DNA from: a virus
Virus record (IMG/VR): IMGVR_UViG_3300033145_000192
Coordinates: 32,001 to 96,000 of that record
DNA length: 64,000 bases
Strand: one strand, 5' to 3'
The translations under genes and the position numbers were made by a program. Below the pieces are notes generated by a model. That model was not told the origin of the DNA. It searched no databases and saw only the letters and a list, made by a program, of their open reading frames with translations. The stretch's first letter is position 1, and every line of letters starts with the position of its first letter. Shown here piece by piece: positions 62,078 through 64,000 of this stretch.

Positions 62078-63116
62078 TGTGCCCCCTACAAGCGTAAGTC
62101 ATTTTGTCTACACTGTTTATCCTCACTGCGTCGGGATTTTCTACCCGCAGACCGCCGTGACAAGGGTTCTCGTCTCCTTCCATCCTACATGAGATAATAG
62201 GTAGACTGAATTGTCTGTCAACGGTGAATTTATTACGAATCTTGCCACACGCTTCCCACCCGATGCAATAGTTGCAAAGCCAACTCTTTATCCTGAGAGG
62301 GTTTACGTTTCTCGTGATTTGATTCCAGTTGTTCTTGAGACTTTTAACCGTCAGTTCGTTCATCTCTGTTGTGATTGGAACTGTGACTGGACCTTTTCTC
62401 AGGAACCACAAGGTAACAAGGACGTATTTGTATTGAGGGTATAGCTGAGAGATAATCTTGCCATACAGCCTAACCTGTGGGTCCTTGTAAGCTGCCGCAT
62501 AGCTCATCGCCCTGCCGCCAGTCTTGTAGTCAACGACCTCAATCGTGTCGGCATCCTCTTCAACTGCTAGGTCAAGGAAGGCCCGAAGCGGAATTCCATC
62601 TATCTCGCCATCGAACTTGAGTTCTACGCCCAATATCTTCTTCTTGAAATCTCCATCCTTATTGCGGTTCAAGACCTGGCAATCCTTCGACTTGATGGCA
62701 CCTTCGACTAGAGCAAGGTCATCATCGTAGTTGACACGAGGACATCCATCAACAATGCCCACTGGGACTGACAAAATAGAACATTCGCCACCCTTGGTCA
62801 TGTGCGGACAAAGTTCACAGTTCTTCGCTTGTGGGTAAGGGTCTCCACGCTCAGGCTTTCGGTCGTCCAGAAGCCAGAGGCGATGCTCGACATAGTAGTC
62901 ACGCAGCGTTTTTACGTAATCAATTTCGGCATTCTCTTCTTTCCCGAGAACCGCATTTACCCACTGCTCAAGCACCTCATGAACGGCAGAGCCCTTGTGA
63001 GTATAGATGTTTCCCTTCCTGGTCTCAGGAATCTTGAGATGATACTCGATAAAGTATTTCATCTCACATTGCTTGTTTGTCTTGATTCTAGAAGCACTTG
63101 CTGCTGACATATCCAT
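62019..63116 (-). CDS. PD-(D/E)XK exonuclease (RecB/AddB/Cas4-like) with Cys clusters
   Basis: SASRI...QCE, GSAVH, FLDL, VVDYKTG, QVRLY, CNYC...C. Confidence 0.85.
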   Translation of the reverse strand: MDMSAASASRIKTNKQCEMKYFIEYHLKIPETRKGNIYTHKGSAVHEVLEQWVNAVLGKEENAEIDYVKTLRDYYVEHRLWLLDDRKPERGDPYPQAKNCELCPHMTKGGECSILSVPVGIVDGCPRVNYDDDLALVEGAIKSKDCQVLNRNKDGDFKKKILGVELKFDGEIDGIPLRAFLDLAVEEDADTIEVVDYKTGGRAMSYAAAYKDPQVRLYGKIISQLYPQYKYVLVTLWFLRKGPVTVPITTEMNELTVKSLKNNWNQITRNVNPLRIKSWLCNYCIGWEACGKIRNKFTVDRQFSLPIISCRMEGDENPCHGGLRVENPDAVRINSVDKMTYACRGHNEIHRGGEYTPEIPVQTDE

Positions 63117-63161
63117 TGTTATGTTTCTCCTAACCTATCCTGCATAGTTCCCGCGCCGACC

Positions 63162-63776
63162 TCAACTATTAGTTCCGAAAACTGCTGGGCAGTGCGCCCT
63201 CAATGTTTCCTGAGCATCATTCATAATCTCTTGAATCTGCGGGTGAGCCCTTGGATTCTCTGACGTTCGGAGAGAGAACACATGGAGCCATTCTCTAAAG
63301 TTGCACGTCATCACTATTTCCGTCTTAAGACAGTTCGGCAAAACCGAGCGAGCTATCTGTGGTGACTCACCTATCTGGAGTAGCATCAAGTAGGCAGCTT
63401 CGGCCTGCTCACATGCATTCTTCCAGACACTAGCACCGTCTTCTGTTTGTAGTGGCGGCTCAATAAACTTGACCTGTCCACCGAACTTTGTCTTGCCATA
63501 GTTGCAGTAACGAGTGCTCTCCTGGCTGTATGCTGCAAGTCTATGACGCACCATCTCGTGTGTAACTCCTCTGTCACACACAAACCTAAAGGAAGCAGAG
63601 CCATGCTCAAGAACTGACCAGTGCCCCATGTCCTTAATCTTCTTGACAAACTTGACTGCGGAGCTAGGAGTAATCTTGTCTTCCGATTTGTAACAAGTCC
63701 TACCGGCGGCTTCAATCACTTGTTCGGGATTAGGTGTTATCCATACCAATGTAGCAGATGGTTTCACTATTAACAT
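63162..63776 (-). CDS. thyX: FAD-dependent thymidylate synthase
   Basis: GHWSVLEH, RGVTHEMVRHR..YSQESTRY, ARSVLP, NFREWLH..LR. Confidence 0.97.
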   Translation of the reverse strand: MLIVKPSATLVWITPNPEQVIEAAGRTCYKSEDKITPSSAVKFVKKIKDMGHWSVLEHGSASFRFVCDRGVTHEMVRHRLAAYSQESTRYCNYGKTKFGGQVKFIEPPLQTEDGASVWKNACEQAEAAYLMLLQIGESPQIARSVLPNCLKTEIVMTCNFREWLHVFSLRTSENPRAHPQIQEIMNDAQETLRAHCPAVFGTNS

Positions 63777-64000
63777 GTCGATTCCTTTGTAAAGGGGTCC
63801 TTTGCATTAGGATGCTTGTCAACGATGGCAGCAGCCTTTTTATTAAACTCTGCTAGGAGTTCAATTGGTAGCGACGGTGGCCTGTCGTCAACCCACTTCT
63901 TTACCATCATAGCATCCCGGAGAACCATAAGGCTAGCAATCGCCTTAATAATGTGGTTCAGTCCGCTGTCTGGGTCAATGTCCTGGCCAAAGTCCCACCA
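63770..64000 (-). CDS. dATP/dGTP diphosphohydrolase-domain protein, C-terminal part (5'-partial)
   Basis: Manual translation WWDFGQDIDPDSGLNHIIKAIASLMVLRDA...DDRPP; not in the ORF track because it runs off the edge. Confidence 0.7.
   Translation of the reverse strand, partial: WWDFGQDIDPDSGLNHIIKAIASLMVLRDAMMVKKWVDDRPPSLPIELLAEFNKKAAAIVDKHPNAKDPFTKESTC

Overview
This window reads as a 64-kb segment of a large (jumbo-type) tailed bacteriophage genome in the standard genetic code. No host rRNA or housekeeping operons, integrase or CRISPR array were seen. (1) 1-19.7 kb, + strand: a dispersed array of 29 canonical tRNA genes plus at least 3 aberrant tRNA-like genes, none encoding CCA. They are interleaved with small ORFs, an RNA-ligase-like gene, a metallophosphoesterase, IMPDH/GMP reductase and an HNH nuclease. 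(2) 19.7-23 kb, - strand: a small, probably late/virion operon with three paralogues starting 'MGS'. (3) 23-27.4 kb: recombination and nuclease genes. (4) 27.4-55.8 kb: a ~28-kb glycan cluster with nucleotide-sugar enzymes, about 8 glycosyltransferases, several methyltransferases, four sulfotransferase-like genes, APS kinase and a type II glutamine synthetase. (5) 55.8-64 kb: replication and nucleotide genes, including a DnaE split into two intein-less genes separated by tdk/dut. The most striking unexplained feature is a ~500-nt non-coding region (13321-13817) directly after a 247-aa uncharacterised gene. It holds two circularly permuted tRNA-like domains (T-arm, closed acceptor stem, D-arm), each carried on a long rod, broken at different positions, with no Ro60 gene in the window. 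All calls come from reading motifs and base-pairing by eye; no database search or folding program was run.
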